IMG/VR virus record: IMGVR_UViG_637000272_000004 | Span: 1 to 64,000 of that record | Origin: a virus | Lineage: Duplodnaviria > Caudoviricetes | Direction: 5' to 3' (one strand) | Length of the DNA stretch: 64,000 nt | In this document: piece by piece, positions 34,691 to 45,204 of the stretch | How the letters are laid out: every line of letters begins with the position of its first letter | Position numbering within the stretch: position 1 is the first letter of the stretch | Program-made: the position numbers and the translations under genes | Notes under the pieces: generated by a model | What the model was told of the DNA's origin: nothing | Seen by the model: the letters and a program-made list of their open reading frames with translations, nothing else | Databases searched by the model: none

Positions 34691-34796
34691 TGAGTATGTC
34701 ATATATCAATAAAAAACAACCAAATTGTAAAAGGTTTTATGGTTTTGGATATGAATGTAATTATTGTAAAAAGTAATTTTTTATTAATCAATACAT

Positions 34797-35235
34797 TGTA
34801 ATATTAAGTGCAACCCAATAAAAATTCATAAAAACACCCACAATGGGCACTTTATTGTGAGGTTTTTACAACCACGAAAACACATTTAAGTATTGCCAAT
34901 ATGAGCGATAACTATCTTATACTAACTGAGCACGTATAGAGAAAATTATTCTTTAAGACCTATTGCACGTAAATTAAAACAATCCGCATCTACTATCTTA
35001 CGTGCAATTAGCAGAAATAATATAAATATGTTATATCAAGCTGAAACGGCTCAAAAGAATTATGTAACTACAAGAAAACTTTGTGGTCGTCCTACTGGAT
35101 TTACTCCAGAACTTAGCAATATCATTAAGTAAAATTTAAAAATACCACTACTCTTCTGAATTAATCGTGATTCGATTTTTTAAAACCGATTTTCTTTTAA
35201 AACCAAGTATTTATGGTTTAACCGCTGATATGATT
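34797..35235 (+). mobile_element. IS30-family transposase 5' remnant
   Basis: ATG at 34901, then degenerate NYSLRPIARKLKQSASTILRAISRN..YQAETAQKNY..RKLCGRPTGFTPEL HTH with stops and frameshifts; possible left end TGTAATATTAAGTGCAAC at about 34797. Confidence 0.75.
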
Positions 35236-35466
35236 AGGTTCGATGTTAATGGTAGTGATCATGCAAATCCACCAAATAATGAAAGAATACCTACGCCACA
35301 TATACACATATATACTGAAGAATATAATAATGGTGGTATTGCGATCCCATTAAAAGATATTGAAGATTTAGAATTAACAGATGAAATTATAGAATCATTA
35401 GACTTCTTTATGAAGTATACTAATATAAAACACGATAATGTTATAATAGAACCAAGATTACTGTAA
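35230..35466 (+). pseudogene. 5'-truncated DUF6978-like His-motif protein
   Basis: RFDVNGSDHANP..IPTPHIHIY motif. The first about 21 codons of the track ORF (35167) come from the IS30 relic. Confidence 0.6.
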
Positions 35467-35486
35467 AAGAAATGGAGGGATACTAA

Positions 35487-36263
35487 GTGAAGACTATCGA
35501 AGAAAGAATGAACGAATATTTCAACTGGTTAAAACAAAATTATATCTTCAAAGAATTAGATAGTTCTACAGAAATTACTACTCCCTTTAAGAATCATTTG
35601 AATGATTTTATTAGAATATATGCTGATACACTACCTAATAATGAAATTTGTCTATCAGATGACGGATTGACGATTAATGAATTAGAAATGTTGGGTATAG
35701 ATATAAACACAAAAACGAGAACTAAACTTATACAGAATATTTTAAATCAATTTAATTTAAAATTAGTTGATAAAGAAATTACAGCGGATGTTAAAAATGA
35801 GAGTTTTGCTCAGTCTAAACATAATTTAATTCAAGGCATATTGAAAATTTATGACCTTACTTTAACTACTAAATCTAACGTTACAAACATATTCTATGAA
35901 GAAGTATTTGAATTCTTATATGACCGAGAAATAAGAGGTTTAGCACAAGTTTCTGTTTCTGGAGAATCAGGTTTAAAATATTCTATTGATTATATTGTTT
36001 CAGAAACAAAATCACAACCAGAAAAACTAGTTAACTTTACAAATAACTTAGATTTTAACAAAATAACTAATGAAGCTTATATTTACCGTGATATCAAACC
36101 AAACAGACCATCCAGAAACAAATTAGAACCTATCATGTTAATAATTGTAAATGATGTAGATCATCCGATAAATGAAAGAGCACAAACTGTAGCAGAACAT
36201 GAGAACCTTGAGATATTAAAATGGTCTAATAAATCAAAAATCATTGAAACTTTAACCTCATAA
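35487..36263 (+). CDS. DUF1828/DUF1829 domain protein (258 aa)
   Basis: GGAGG RBS with GTG start; EITTPF..DFIRIY..LSDDG.T N-domain and VSGESGLKYSIDY restriction-endonuclease-like C-domain. Confidence 0.8.
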   Translation: MKTIEERMNEYFNWLKQNYIFKELDSSTEITTPFKNHLNDFIRIYADTLPNNEICLSDDGLTINELEMLGIDINTKTRTKLIQNILNQFNLKLVDKEITADVKNESFAQSKHNLIQGILKIYDLTLTTKSNVTNIFYEEVFEFLYDREIRGLAQVSVSGESGLKYSIDYIVSETKSQPEKLVNFTNNLDFNKITNEAYIYRDIKPNRPSRNKLEPIMLIIVNDVDHPINERAQTVAEHENLEILKWSNKSKIIETLTS

Positions 36264-36310
36264 ATTAACATTAGACCCCTATTTGTAATTCTTTAATTTT
36301 CAAATCATAT

Positions 36311-36356
36311 CGTGCAAGTAAAAAAGTAGATACTTTTTTATTTGCACGTTTTATTT
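36311..36356 (+). terminator. Intrinsic terminator after the DUF1829 gene
   Basis: CGTGCAAGTAAAAAAGT/ACTTTTTTATTTGCACG stem followed by TTTTATTTT. Confidence 0.7.
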
Positions 36357-36832
36357 TAGGACAAAAAGAGCAATGTCAACGAATCAGAAAATCTTTTTCT
36401 TGATACGTATTTGACACTTGCTCTTTTAAGAATACTAACATTTCATTGTATTTCCGTTAAATTAACGGAGTATGCGGATTACCTCGATATATTTACCTCT
36501 AGAGTGTTAAAAAATTGTACATTCTTAAACAATCAAAAATGTACGTTATTAAATTATCATTTCCACTGGTGAGTCATGTCGACTAAAAGATTATAAAAGT
36601 AAAAATACATTTAAAATCACAACAATATCAAACCGCTATTGACAGTCAATTCAAATAGAATTTTAGACAGATTTTTATCAAAGTAATATAAAAAATATTT
36701 AGAATAAATCATTGAGAAAAATTAAATAATTCAAACAGCAATAAACTAACTATTTACATGAATCTATAAAGCACTTAGAACAAAACTTCGAAAAACGCAC
36801 TTTATGATTGTATAGTGGTATTAAATATACTA

Positions 36833-37608
36833 TCAGTGAGTATTAAGAAATACTTCCATTTTAATACTCTTAGAATCAACTACTTTATTATCTCCGTAAA
36901 TATTTAAAAACTTATATGGAACAAAAGGTACTAGTTCTTTTTTAGGAAATAAGTCAAACCAAAAACTTGTATTGTTCTTTTCAGTAAATTTTATATATTC
37001 AGATTCAAATGCAGAACCATCAAACTCGTATAGCTTTTTTCTTTAGTGAGCCAGTGTCTTGCTTTGTAATCTAGTTTTTGAATAGTAACCATATTCTTAT
37101 TTGTAGTTATTGTAAATCCAAGTGATTGTCTATTGTCGATTGTTACCTGTACAGTAATTAATTTATCTCTTTCATTTTCTGAACTATTAAATGTAAGACC
37201 ACCATACATACAACAACCTCCAAAATTTTGGTTTATATCCGGTTCAGATTTAGGTATTATACATGTATAAAAATATGGAACACCAAAAATGTCTACTTTT
37301 TTACCTTTATAATTGTTAGCTAATTCTGTATTTTCTAATTCAGTTTTAACCTCATTATAACTCTTATACTCAATTGGAAAATTTAAATCATGAGATAAAA
37401 ACTGTCTAGAATTGATAACTCCTCTTCCTTCAACAGGTGGAGACATATAAAGATTCATTACATTTCCCATAGTTCCCTTATTACTTTTATAATCACTTAC
37501 TTTATTTAGTTCGTCTATTTTAGGATCAGGTAGGGCATTCGCATAATTTATATTATGAAAAACTATTTCTAGAATCAAAATAATAATTACAGTAGATAAT
37601 TTCTTCAT
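36833..37608 (-). pseudogene. seg: Enterotoxin G, frameshifted
   Basis: SEG sequence to WLTKEK; A6 instead of A7 at 37035-37040; the shifted frame resumes [18 protein letters not shown] at 36833. Confidence 0.9.
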
Positions 37609-37898
37609 AAAACCTCCTCTAACTTATTCAGTCTATTTAACAATGAAACTTATTATAAATTCACGCTTATAGATAGTTCATGGTGTAGGGTGTAGTGTGT
37701 CGATAACATTAGTTTTAAAAATAAAAATTCACTAGCAAAATAAATTAACATTCTATTTATCATTATTACTAATTACAACAAATAATTTTGAATCCGTATT
37801 CAAGATAATATATAAATTTCAAATTTTACTACAATTCAAATCGTTGTCCCCTCATATAATAGTTTATTTTCATGATTCAGTTGATAATCATCAATCAC

Positions 37899-38654
37899 TT
37901 AATCTTTATATAAAAATACATCGATATGATAATTAGATGAGCTAACTGTTCTATTATCACTATAAAATTGAAAAAACTCTGCTCCTACTGAACCTTTTAT
38001 GTTATATAAATCATAATAAAATGATTGATCTTGATGATTATGAGAATGAAAGAAAATGCATCCTTTTTGTATGTTACCGGTATCTTTATTGTATATTTTA
38101 TATAAATTTTCTAATTTAAATCGAACTTTAGTATCTAATTCTTGTACTGTTACTTTAGCCTTTTTAGTTTTTATAACAAAACCTTCTTGTTGGACACCAT
38201 CTTTAAATACATTAACGCCTATAACTTTCTCTTCATCTAATTGATTTCCATCATGTATCGTAACTCCTCCGTTTAAGCACGATGTTTTTTCTTCAGTTAA
38301 GCCTACACATTTATTTCCATAATACAGTCCATAAATATCTATATTTTTCCCTTTAAATTGATTTGCTAAATCTGCTGAGTTAAACTCAACTTTCAAACTA
38401 GAAGTTTTAAGTACGGATATATCAATGTTTTTTAATATTATAGTATTATTCAGTAGTTGATCTGTACTAATTTTATTTGACTCGTCTAATTGCCACGTTA
38501 TATCAGTATAATAGCTTGTTAAATTAAATAAATTACTACTATCTATATCAGATTTTTTCTTTAAAACTTTTTTGTCTACTTCAGCATTAACATATTTATT
38601 ATTTATAAGACATAATAAAGTTATTATAATTACAGCTATGTAGAACAATCTCAT
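37899..38654 (-). CDS. sen: Enterotoxin N
   Basis: EVDKK.LKKKS..NLFNLTSYY; ends HIDVFLYKD. The RBS-adjacent start may be ATA at 38675. Confidence 0.93.
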   Translation of the reverse strand: MRLFYIAVIIITLLCLINNKYVNAEVDKKVLKKKSDIDSSNLFNLTSYYTDITWQLDESNKISTDQLLNNTIILKNIDISVLKTSSLKVEFNSADLANQFKGKNIDIYGLYYGNKCVGLTEEKTSCLNGGVTIHDGNQLDEEKVIGVNVFKDGVQQEGFVIKTKKAKVTVQELDTKVRFKLENLYKIYNKDTGNIQKGCIFFHSHNHQDQSFYYDLYNIKGSVGAEFFQFYSDNRTVSSSNYHIDVFLYKD

Positions 38655-38692
38655 AAACTTTTTAATATTTTTTATAATATACTCTCCCTCAA

Positions 38693-39478
38693 TTATTTTT
38701 TGGTTAAATGAACTTCTACATTAATAGATTTACTCTCAACTGTCTTATTATCATTATAAATTAGTAAATATTTAGTCGGATAAAATTTTTCACCAGATTC
38801 AGGCATCATATCATACCAAAATGAATGACTATTTCCTTCGATAAACTTTATATAGCCAGTCTCATAAGGCGAACTATTAAATTCATATAAATTTTTATGC
38901 TTAAGTAAATAGTTTCTAACTTTATAATCTATTTCTTGTGCTGTTATGTTTTTCTTATTGGTAGATATATCAAAAGATAATGTGTTTCTTTCGTTTTCGT
39001 ATACTTTAATTAAGATATTATGAGAGTTATCAGTTAGATTATTTTTATCTATTTGATTTCCATCATGCTCGGTCACACCGCCATACATACACGTTTTTTC
39101 AATTAGTCTACCATCATTTAATTCCATATTATCCGCTGAAAAATAGCATTGATTATAATAGTTTGTCCCAAACAAATCTACGTTTTTATTTTTGTATTTA
39201 TCCGAAAGGCTTTTATTATTAAATTCTGTTTTTAAAATTTTAGAACCATCAATTTTAGAGCCATTTATTTTAAATAATAAATCATGTTGTAAAAACTTCT
39301 CTTGGGCTTTAATGTTTGTTTCTGATACGTGTTTATCGTCATACAAATACCTCATATTATCCATTAGACCAGTGAATTCACTCGCTTTATTCAATTGTTC
39401 TGGTCTAGGATTGCCATTTAACATAAATAGTAAGCTGCAAGACTTAACACATATGAAGATAAAAGCAAATAACTTCAT
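38693..39478 (-). CDS. selu: Enterotoxin-like U (full length, 261 aa)
   Basis: MLNGNPRPEQLNKASEF; INGSKIDGSKIL 15-bp duplication that fuses the two pseudo-ent frames. Confidence 0.92.
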   Translation of the reverse strand: MKLFAFIFICVKSCSLLFMLNGNPRPEQLNKASEFTGLMDNMRYLYDDKHVSETNIKAQEKFLQHDLLFKINGSKIDGSKILKTEFNNKSLSDKYKNKNVDLFGTNYYNQCYFSADNMELNDGRLIEKTCMYGGVTEHDGNQIDKNNLTDNSHNILIKVYENERNTLSFDISTNKKNITAQEIDYKVRNYLLKHKNLYEFNSSPYETGYIKFIEGNSHSFWYDMMPESGEKFYPTKYLLIYNDNKTVESKSINVEVHLTKK

Positions 39479-39631
39479 TCCAACAACTCCATATTTTAAA
39501 TTTTTATAAATTTGATGTATTCCAGGTAATATTAAACGTACACATTACCCTTAAAGTCATTAAAATTTAAATAGTTAATACATATGTTAATTTCATATAA
39601 ATTCGCATTTTAGTGTTAAAACTAATTATCA

Positions 39632-40360
39632 TTAGTTACTATCTACATATGATATTTCGACATCAAGATGAAATTTTTCAGATTCTATTATTTTATTATC
39701 TTCATAAATTTTCAAAAAACTTACAGGCACTCCATCTCCTGTATAAAACAAATCATATGAAAATGATTTTTCATCATTTAAATGAAATAGAACTTTCCCC
39801 TTATTAAAACCTGAATAAAATTTAGATTTATACCCATATTCTTTGCCTTTACCAGTGTTATTATGACCATATATATTGTATTCTTCTTGAAGATATCTCC
39901 TTAATTTAACATCAATTTCTTGAGCTGTTACTAGTTTTTTATTAGTTGCTATTTTGTCAGTAGAAATTGTTTTATGCTTGCCATTAACCCAAAGATTTAT
40001 AGGGATTTTTCTAGCAGAATTTAAGTATTGTCCTGATAAAGTGGCCCCTCCATACATGTATTTAGATTTACAAGGACCATTATAATCAATGCCAAAAATA
40101 TCCAGTTTCTTTCCTTTAAATTTACTTATTTCGTCCCAATTATTAGATTCTGAGATCAAATCATTGGGACCGGTTGAAAATTCGAGTTGATTTGCAGTAG
40201 GTAGGTTTTTATCTGTGACGCCTTTTAAATCTATATAATCATATTTTGTATAGAAATTTCTTAAGTTACCTACACCAATATCTCCTTGCGCATACGAAAG
40301 GTCATAAACGTTAAAAAATAATATAAAAACTACTATAAAACTATATTTAAATTTTTTCAT
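39632..40360 (-). CDS. sei: Enterotoxin I (variant allele)
   Basis: [13 protein letters not shown]; ends EISYVDSN. Confidence 0.93.
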   Translation of the reverse strand: MKKFKYSFIVVFILFFNVYDLSYAQGDIGVGNLRNFYTKYDYIDLKGVTDKNLPTANQLEFSTGPNDLISESNNWDEISKFKGKKLDIFGIDYNGPCKSKYMYGGATLSGQYLNSARKIPINLWVNGKHKTISTDKIATNKKLVTAQEIDVKLRRYLQEEYNIYGHNNTGKGKEYGYKSKFYSGFNKGKVLFHLNDEKSFSYDLFYTGDGVPVSFLKIYEDNKIIESEKFHLDVEISYVDSN

Positions 40361-40394
40361 GGCATTTCCTTTTCTAAGTTATGATTGAAATACT

Positions 40395-41115
40395 TCAACT
40401 TTCGTCCTTATAAGATATTTCTACATCTAAATGGAATTTATCAGTTTCGACAGTTTTGTTGTCATTATATATTTTTAGGAAACTTTCAGCTTGCCCTGTT
40501 CCGGTATCAAATAAGTCATAAGAGAATGATGTACCGTCATTCAAATGAAATGAAATTTTCCCAGTATTAAATCCAGAAAAAAAACTTGGATTTTGTACCG
40601 TAATTTCTTCCTTTATTTGTATCATTAAAGCCATAAATATTATATTCTTCTTGTAGATATCTTCTTAATTTAGTATCAATTTCTTGAGCTGTTACTATCT
40701 TTTTATTAGTTGATACTTTGTCAGTAGAAATTGTTTTATGGTTGCCATTAACCCAAAGATTAATAGGAATACATCTAGACTTCTCTAAATAATCACCCGC
40801 TAAAGTAACTCCTCCGTACATATATTTATTTTTTAGACAATATCCACTATAACTTAGGCCGTATACATCAACAGCACGATTTTTGAATTTTTTTACATCT
40901 TCAACGTTCTTAAATTCAGCAGTTACTGCCGAATTATCCTTAGAAAAAACTAATTGATGTGAAAAACTATTATTGTCAGGATTAATATTTTGATGGCTTT
41001 CAATTGGATAGCTACCATAATAGTTCATAAGATTCAAAACTCCGACATCAGCGGTTGCGATATGATTTTCCGAATAACAAAACAATAAAACAACAATGAT
41101 AAGTATTCATTTCAT
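40395..41115 (-). pseudogene. sem: Enterotoxin M with two lesions
   Basis: ATG AAA TGA at codon 3 (41107-41109) plus T8 instead of T7 at 40577-40584; DVGVLNL..YYGSYPI and EISYKDES ends recognisable. Confidence 0.9.
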
Positions 41116-41397
41116 TTTATATTTCTCCTATAATTAAATATGCCTATCTTTATTATCCTTTTATTGTAAAAAACCATTCTTCTTCTTAAATCATCATGAC
41201 TCTATCCCACTTATATACTATTACTCGTTAATCTACTTTTGTTATCTATAATAAAATAGAAAGCTTTTTATAGTAATAAAGTTAGATTTGAATTATTAAT
41301 CGTTCATCGTCATTTACTAAGCTACTTTGTAAAAAATATGTTAATATCTATAGTTCTTTATAGGATTGTAAGTTGATATGCATCAACTTTTAGATTG

Positions 41398-42162
41398 TTA
41401 TGTAAATAAATAAACATCAATATGATAGTCTGATGAATCTATTGTTTTATTATCATTATAAATTTGCAAACATTGATCTGGTAAATTTCCTTTAATATAA
41501 AATAAATCATAATAAAATGATTCTTTATGCTCCGAATGCGAATGGAATTTAATATAACCTTTTTGTACATCACTAGTCATTCGGTCATATAATTTATATA
41601 CATTATTTAATTTTGTTCTTACTTTAATATCAAGTTCTTGTGCAGTAACTTTCTTTTTATCTGTAGTAACGATAAATGTATTAACATTTACATTATCCTT
41701 ATACACAGCTACTCCTATTTCTTTAGGTTCGTTTAACTTATTATTTTCATGAGGTGTTACCCCGCCATAAGTACAGGCAGTTTTCACTTGATGCTCACCA
41801 TGACAATGCGCTTTATAATAGACACCATAAATATCTACAGTTTTTCCAAAATACTCTTTGGAAATTTCCGATGAGCTAAATTCTACTTTTAAATCTTTAA
41901 ATTCAGCAGATTTTCCATCTAACCAAGTAAAATTTTTAAATAATAAATCAAAATCTAAAAATTTTTCTGTAGTTAATACAGGTGACTCATTTATTGTAAA
42001 GCGATTAGTCATATAGTCTTTATCAATATTATGTAGAGCAATATCGTCTACACTTGACTTCTTACACAAATCCTCAATTTTAGGATTTTCTTCATTTGCA
42101 TATGCATTGTTTACACTACATATTGCAATTAAATATATAATTAATAATAATACATTTAACAT
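41398..42162 (-). CDS. seo: Enterotoxin O
   Basis: NEENPKIEDLCKKSSVD, HCHGEHQV, HIDVYLFT. The RBS-adjacent start may be ATA at 42180. Confidence 0.92.
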   Translation of the reverse strand: MLNVLLLIIYLIAICSVNNAYANEENPKIEDLCKKSSVDDIALHNIDKDYMTNRFTINESPVLTTEKFLDFDLLFKNFTWLDGKSAEFKDLKVEFSSSEISKEYFGKTVDIYGVYYKAHCHGEHQVKTACTYGGVTPHENNKLNEPKEIGVAVYKDNVNVNTFIVTTDKKKVTAQELDIKVRTKLNNVYKLYDRMTSDVQKGYIKFHSHSEHKESFYYDLFYIKGNLPDQCLQIYNDNKTIDSSDYHIDVYLFT

Positions 42163-42364
42163 TGCTTTACTCTTTTTTATAATATCCCTCCTACACAAAA
42201 AGTTTTCTTATAGAAATTTTTCAATATAAATTAAAAAATTCTGGTTTTAACCTTTAAATATTCACTAATATTTTTTGATTACGATTTTAAAACTTAACAA
42301 TCCTATTTACAATTGAACAAACACATTTTAAACTAAGCGACTCAGATAATAGACAAAAAACCTT

Positions 42365-42406
42365 AAAAATAGCGCTTAAAATGGGTAAAACCATTTTAAG
42401 CGCTAT
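42365..42406 (-). terminator. Terminator originally following the tRNA
   Basis: Perfect 16-bp inverted repeat ATAGCGCTTAAAATGG/CCATTTTAAGCGCTAT with a T5 tail on the minus strand. Confidence 0.85.
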
Positions 42407-42408
42407 AA

Positions 42409-42422
42409 CGGAAGGTAAGGGA
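42409..42422 (-). other. Prophage attachment site core = duplicated tRNA(Ser) 3' end
   Basis: TCCCTTACCTTCCG fits U60 + T-stem CCCTT + acceptor ACCTTCC + discriminator G; the match breaks in the T-loop; sits at the island/phage junction. Confidence 0.7.
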
Positions 42423-42458
42423 GTTTTAAAAGCCTATAACAACGGTCAATTAGAGTTA

Positions 42459-42480
42459 TTAGGAACGTTTTAGGAACGTT
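42459..42480 (+). repeat. Tandem 11-mer TTAGGAACGTT x2 (candidate integrase arm site)
   Basis: Two perfect adjacent copies about 37 bp from the att core. Confidence 0.6.
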
Positions 42481-42940
42481 AATTTTTAACCGCACTCCTA
42501 AATTAATAGGTGGTGTGGTTTTGTTGGTTGTGTAAGAATAAAAAAGAGGCGACCGTCGCAACAGTCTACCTCAAGCACACTCCGCAGATGTGTACCGTAA
42601 TTTCTATTTTATTATAAAAACACTCACAAATTGGTGGCCGTTAGATAATATAAAAAATATTTGTAAAGAAAAGCATCATTTACAAACTAATCAAGAAAGG
42701 TATCTTTGGTTATTACCATTATAACATTTTTTAAAATTAATCAATTATAATCTTACTCCTAAACCATATTGAATACCTTGATGTATTATAAAAGTACTGT
42801 CCAAATCCAAAGTAGTATTTGGGTTTCTATATTTAAAATTGACACTAGCTTTCCGTTGTTTGCCTACATATTTTTAATCATAGTTAAATATATAATACAC
42901 AACTTATTACATAAGGAATAGACAGAACATAATGGCGAAC

Positions 42941-43106
42941 AAAAAACAACCACCCAGCAACTAGTATGGGAGGTGTAGCGACTGTAACAACTCTATGTTA
43001 TCAAGATATATGTATCGAGTGATGACAAGGAAGATGTCTCCTGTGAGACCGACAGTCAGATATATGGCCTCTGCCGGGCTATATAGTTCATTCCTACTAT
43101 ATACAC
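42941..43106 (-). ncRNA. SprX-like phage small RNA
   Basis: TATAAT at 43112-43117, structured body, terminal CC(T)CCCA..TGGGTGG+T hairpin resembling the SprX 3' hairpin as recalled. Confidence 0.5.
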
Positions 43107-43121
43107 ATGTAATTATAAAAT

Positions 43122-43197
43122 AAAAAATAGGCAAGTACCGAAGTACCTGCCTACTACTCACGATTTCAACTTGAGAGAGAAATCTTGAATAAAATAT
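43122..43197 (-). ncRNA. Short SprY-like phage small RNA (about 76 nt)
   Basis: Extended -10 TGgTATTAT (43204-43212), GATTTC/GAAATC hairpin with a TCTCTCAAG loop, AGGCAGGTAC-TTCG-GTACTTGCCT+T6 terminator. Confidence 0.45.
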
Positions 43198-43231
43198 ATA
43201 GAAATAATACCACAATTATTTTTTAATGCAA

Positions 43232-43266
43232 ATAAAAAAGGCGAATGCATATAATGCACCCGCCTA
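43232..43266 (-). terminator. Lysis-module terminator
   Basis: AGGCGGGTGCAT-TAT-ATGCATTCGCCT followed by a T tract. Confidence 0.75.
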
Positions 43267-43290
43267 GAAAAGACTCACCACAATTTTATA

Positions 43291-44736
43291 TTAACTGATT
43301 TCTCCCCATAAGTCACCTAATATCTGATTAGGCGGGGCAGAACCATTCCATGTTCTAATAGGCAAGTAATAACGTTGCCCCTCCCATGTATATCCTACCC
43401 AAACGTGGCCATCTTGTAACATCACTTCTGTATAATCACAATATCCACCAGGTTGGAACTGATAACCCACTGGACAAGATAAAAATGGCCCCACTTTTCT
43501 TACTGTGATTGGTTGATTGCCGTTTGTGAATCTAGCACTTTCTTCCATGTAGTAAGTACCATATTTATTACGTTTCCATGCACTCGCAACTGGCTTAACT
43601 GTATTACTTGAAGCACTTGAATCATTTGAGACAGTAGCAACCGGTATTTTACCATCCATGTATGCTCTAATTTGCTTGATAAAGTAGTCTTTAAGTTGTA
43701 GTCGTTTATCTTCTGGCAATAGACCACGAGTTACTGGGTCAAAACCAGTGTGCAATACTGAGCTTCTGTGTGGGCATGATGTTGAAGTGAATTCGTTGTG
43801 TAATCGGATTGTGTTACGGTTTGCTGGTAATCCCCATTTTTTCAACAATCTAGCACATTCTTGGAAAGTCGCCTGTTCATTTTTTAAAAACGTCGCATTA
43901 TCTGCTCCCATTGATTGGCACACTTCAATACCGTAACCATATTTATTGCCTATTTGGTTCGCTGTATGCCAACCTACTTGCGATTCGTCTAAGGCTTGCC
44001 AAACCGTGTTACCTGATACGTAACTATGCGCAATACCTGCCTCTAGTCTCGATAATGGCGCGTTAACTAATCCATTACGATATGCTTCTGCTGTTGCTCC
44101 TTTGCTTCCTGCGTCGTTGTGAATAACTATAAAGTTAGGGTTACTACCACGCTTAGGTAGATCATAACCTTTAACCACATCTTTGATGATTTTAAGTTCT
44201 ACCGCTTTAGGTTGTGGCTTAGCCGTTTCCTTTTTAGATGCTTGCGTAGGAGATTGTACTGATCGTGGAGCTGTTTCGCTTTTGAAGTTAGGACGGATAA
44301 ACCACATAGGGAAGTCGTAAGCGTGTTGGCGTCTTGTAACTTTTTCCCAACCAGAGCCAGGTTGTTGTACACCGTCTGTCCAGCCACCGCCGAGCCAATT
44401 CTGCTCATATACAATGATATAATCTAAAGTTGCTTCAATTACCCATGCAACATGACCGTATCCTGCACCATAATTACTACCGAATACAACCATGTCGCCA
44501 GGTTGCGCTAAGAAGTCTGGTGTATTTTGGTATACAGTAGCTAGTCCGTCAAAATTGTTGGCGAATGGAATATCTTTTGCACCTACACCTTTTAAAAGTA
44601 ATCCGAACAAAGCTTTCCAACCAGCATTAGCATAATCAAAGCATTGAAATCCATACCATCCGTCCGCATTATATTGTTTTCCCTCAGATGTTTTCAACCA
44701 CTCTATAAACTCTTTTTTAGTTAGTTTTGCTTGCAT
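43291..44736 (-). CDS. Endolysin: CHAP + amidase_2 + SH3b (481 aa)
   Basis: QCFDYAN / [21 protein letters not shown] amidase, SH3b RYYLPIRTW. Confidence 0.95.
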   Translation of the reverse strand: MQAKLTKKEFIEWLKTSEGKQYNADGWYGFQCFDYANAGWKALFGLLLKGVGAKDIPFANNFDGLATVYQNTPDFLAQPGDMVVFGSNYGAGYGHVAWVIEATLDYIIVYEQNWLGGGWTDGVQQPGSGWEKVTRRQHAYDFPMWFIRPNFKSETAPRSVQSPTQASKKETAKPQPKAVELKIIKDVVKGYDLPKRGSNPNFIVIHNDAGSKGATAEAYRNGLVNAPLSRLEAGIAHSYVSGNTVWQALDESQVGWHTANQIGNKYGYGIEVCQSMGADNATFLKNEQATFQECARLLKKWGLPANRNTIRLHNEFTSTSCPHRSSVLHTGFDPVTRGLLPEDKRLQLKDYFIKQIRAYMDGKIPVATVSNDSSASSNTVKPVASAWKRNKYGTYYMEESARFTNGNQPITVRKVGPFLSCPVGYQFQPGGYCDYTEVMLQDGHVWVGYTWEGQRYYLPIRTWNGSAPPNQILGDLWGEIS

Positions 44737-45154
44737 TGTCGCCACCTCCATAATGATATTCGTTCACGTCAAAACCAACCTCATTAGAGGCGTCTGTAAA
44801 TGGCTGTGATGTGTCATACTCTTTCGGTACTTTCGCGCTTAATTCCGGTGTTAAGCTAGTATCTTGTGAAGTTTTCCAAGTCACTTGTTGTTCTTCTTTG
44901 CTACTATCTCTAGGCGCTTGATATGTCTGTGCTATAGATGAATCGGCAACACCTTTTGACGTCGGGTCAGTAATAACGCCAATACCTGTAAGTAACGTGA
45001 GGATGGCGCCTATAATTGCGCTAGCTTGATTTAATTGAGTAGATAAATCTAATCCGAATAAATCCGTGATTTGCTTGATAAATAGCAACAATGCACCAAC
45101 TAAACCTGTTAATACTGCTTTGTTTTTAAATCTCAATTTCCAGTTAATATCCAT
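44717..45154 (-). CDS. Holin, phiLC3 family (145 aa)
   Basis: [25 protein letters not shown], two TM segments, DPTSKG; overlaps the lysin start. Confidence 0.93.
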   Translation of the reverse strand: MDINWKLRFKNKAVLTGLVGALLLFIKQITDLFGLDLSTQLNQASAIIGAILTLLTGIGVITDPTSKGVADSSIAQTYQAPRDSSKEEQQVTWKTSQDTSLTPELSAKVPKEYDTSQPFTDASNEVGFDVNEYHYGGGDNASKTN

Positions 45155-45204
45155 TTGTTTGCTCCTTTTATCCAAAATAAAAAGCCAACCTCGAAAGGTT
45201 AGCT

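Noticed and set aside
36363-36427. Second long imperfect hairpin AAAAGAGCAATGTCAA..TTGACACTTGCTCTTTT
   Set aside because: Probably a terminator for convergent transcripts; no promoter evidence for an sRNA
39225-39265. 15-bp duplication (GSKID) in selu
   Set aside because: Known defining feature of selu
42409-42422. tRNA gene
   Set aside because: Only the 14-nt 3' end is present; recorded as att core, not tRNA
42961-43215. 84-aa minus-strand ORF after the lysin
   Set aside because: Runs through a terminator and structured RNA; no RBS
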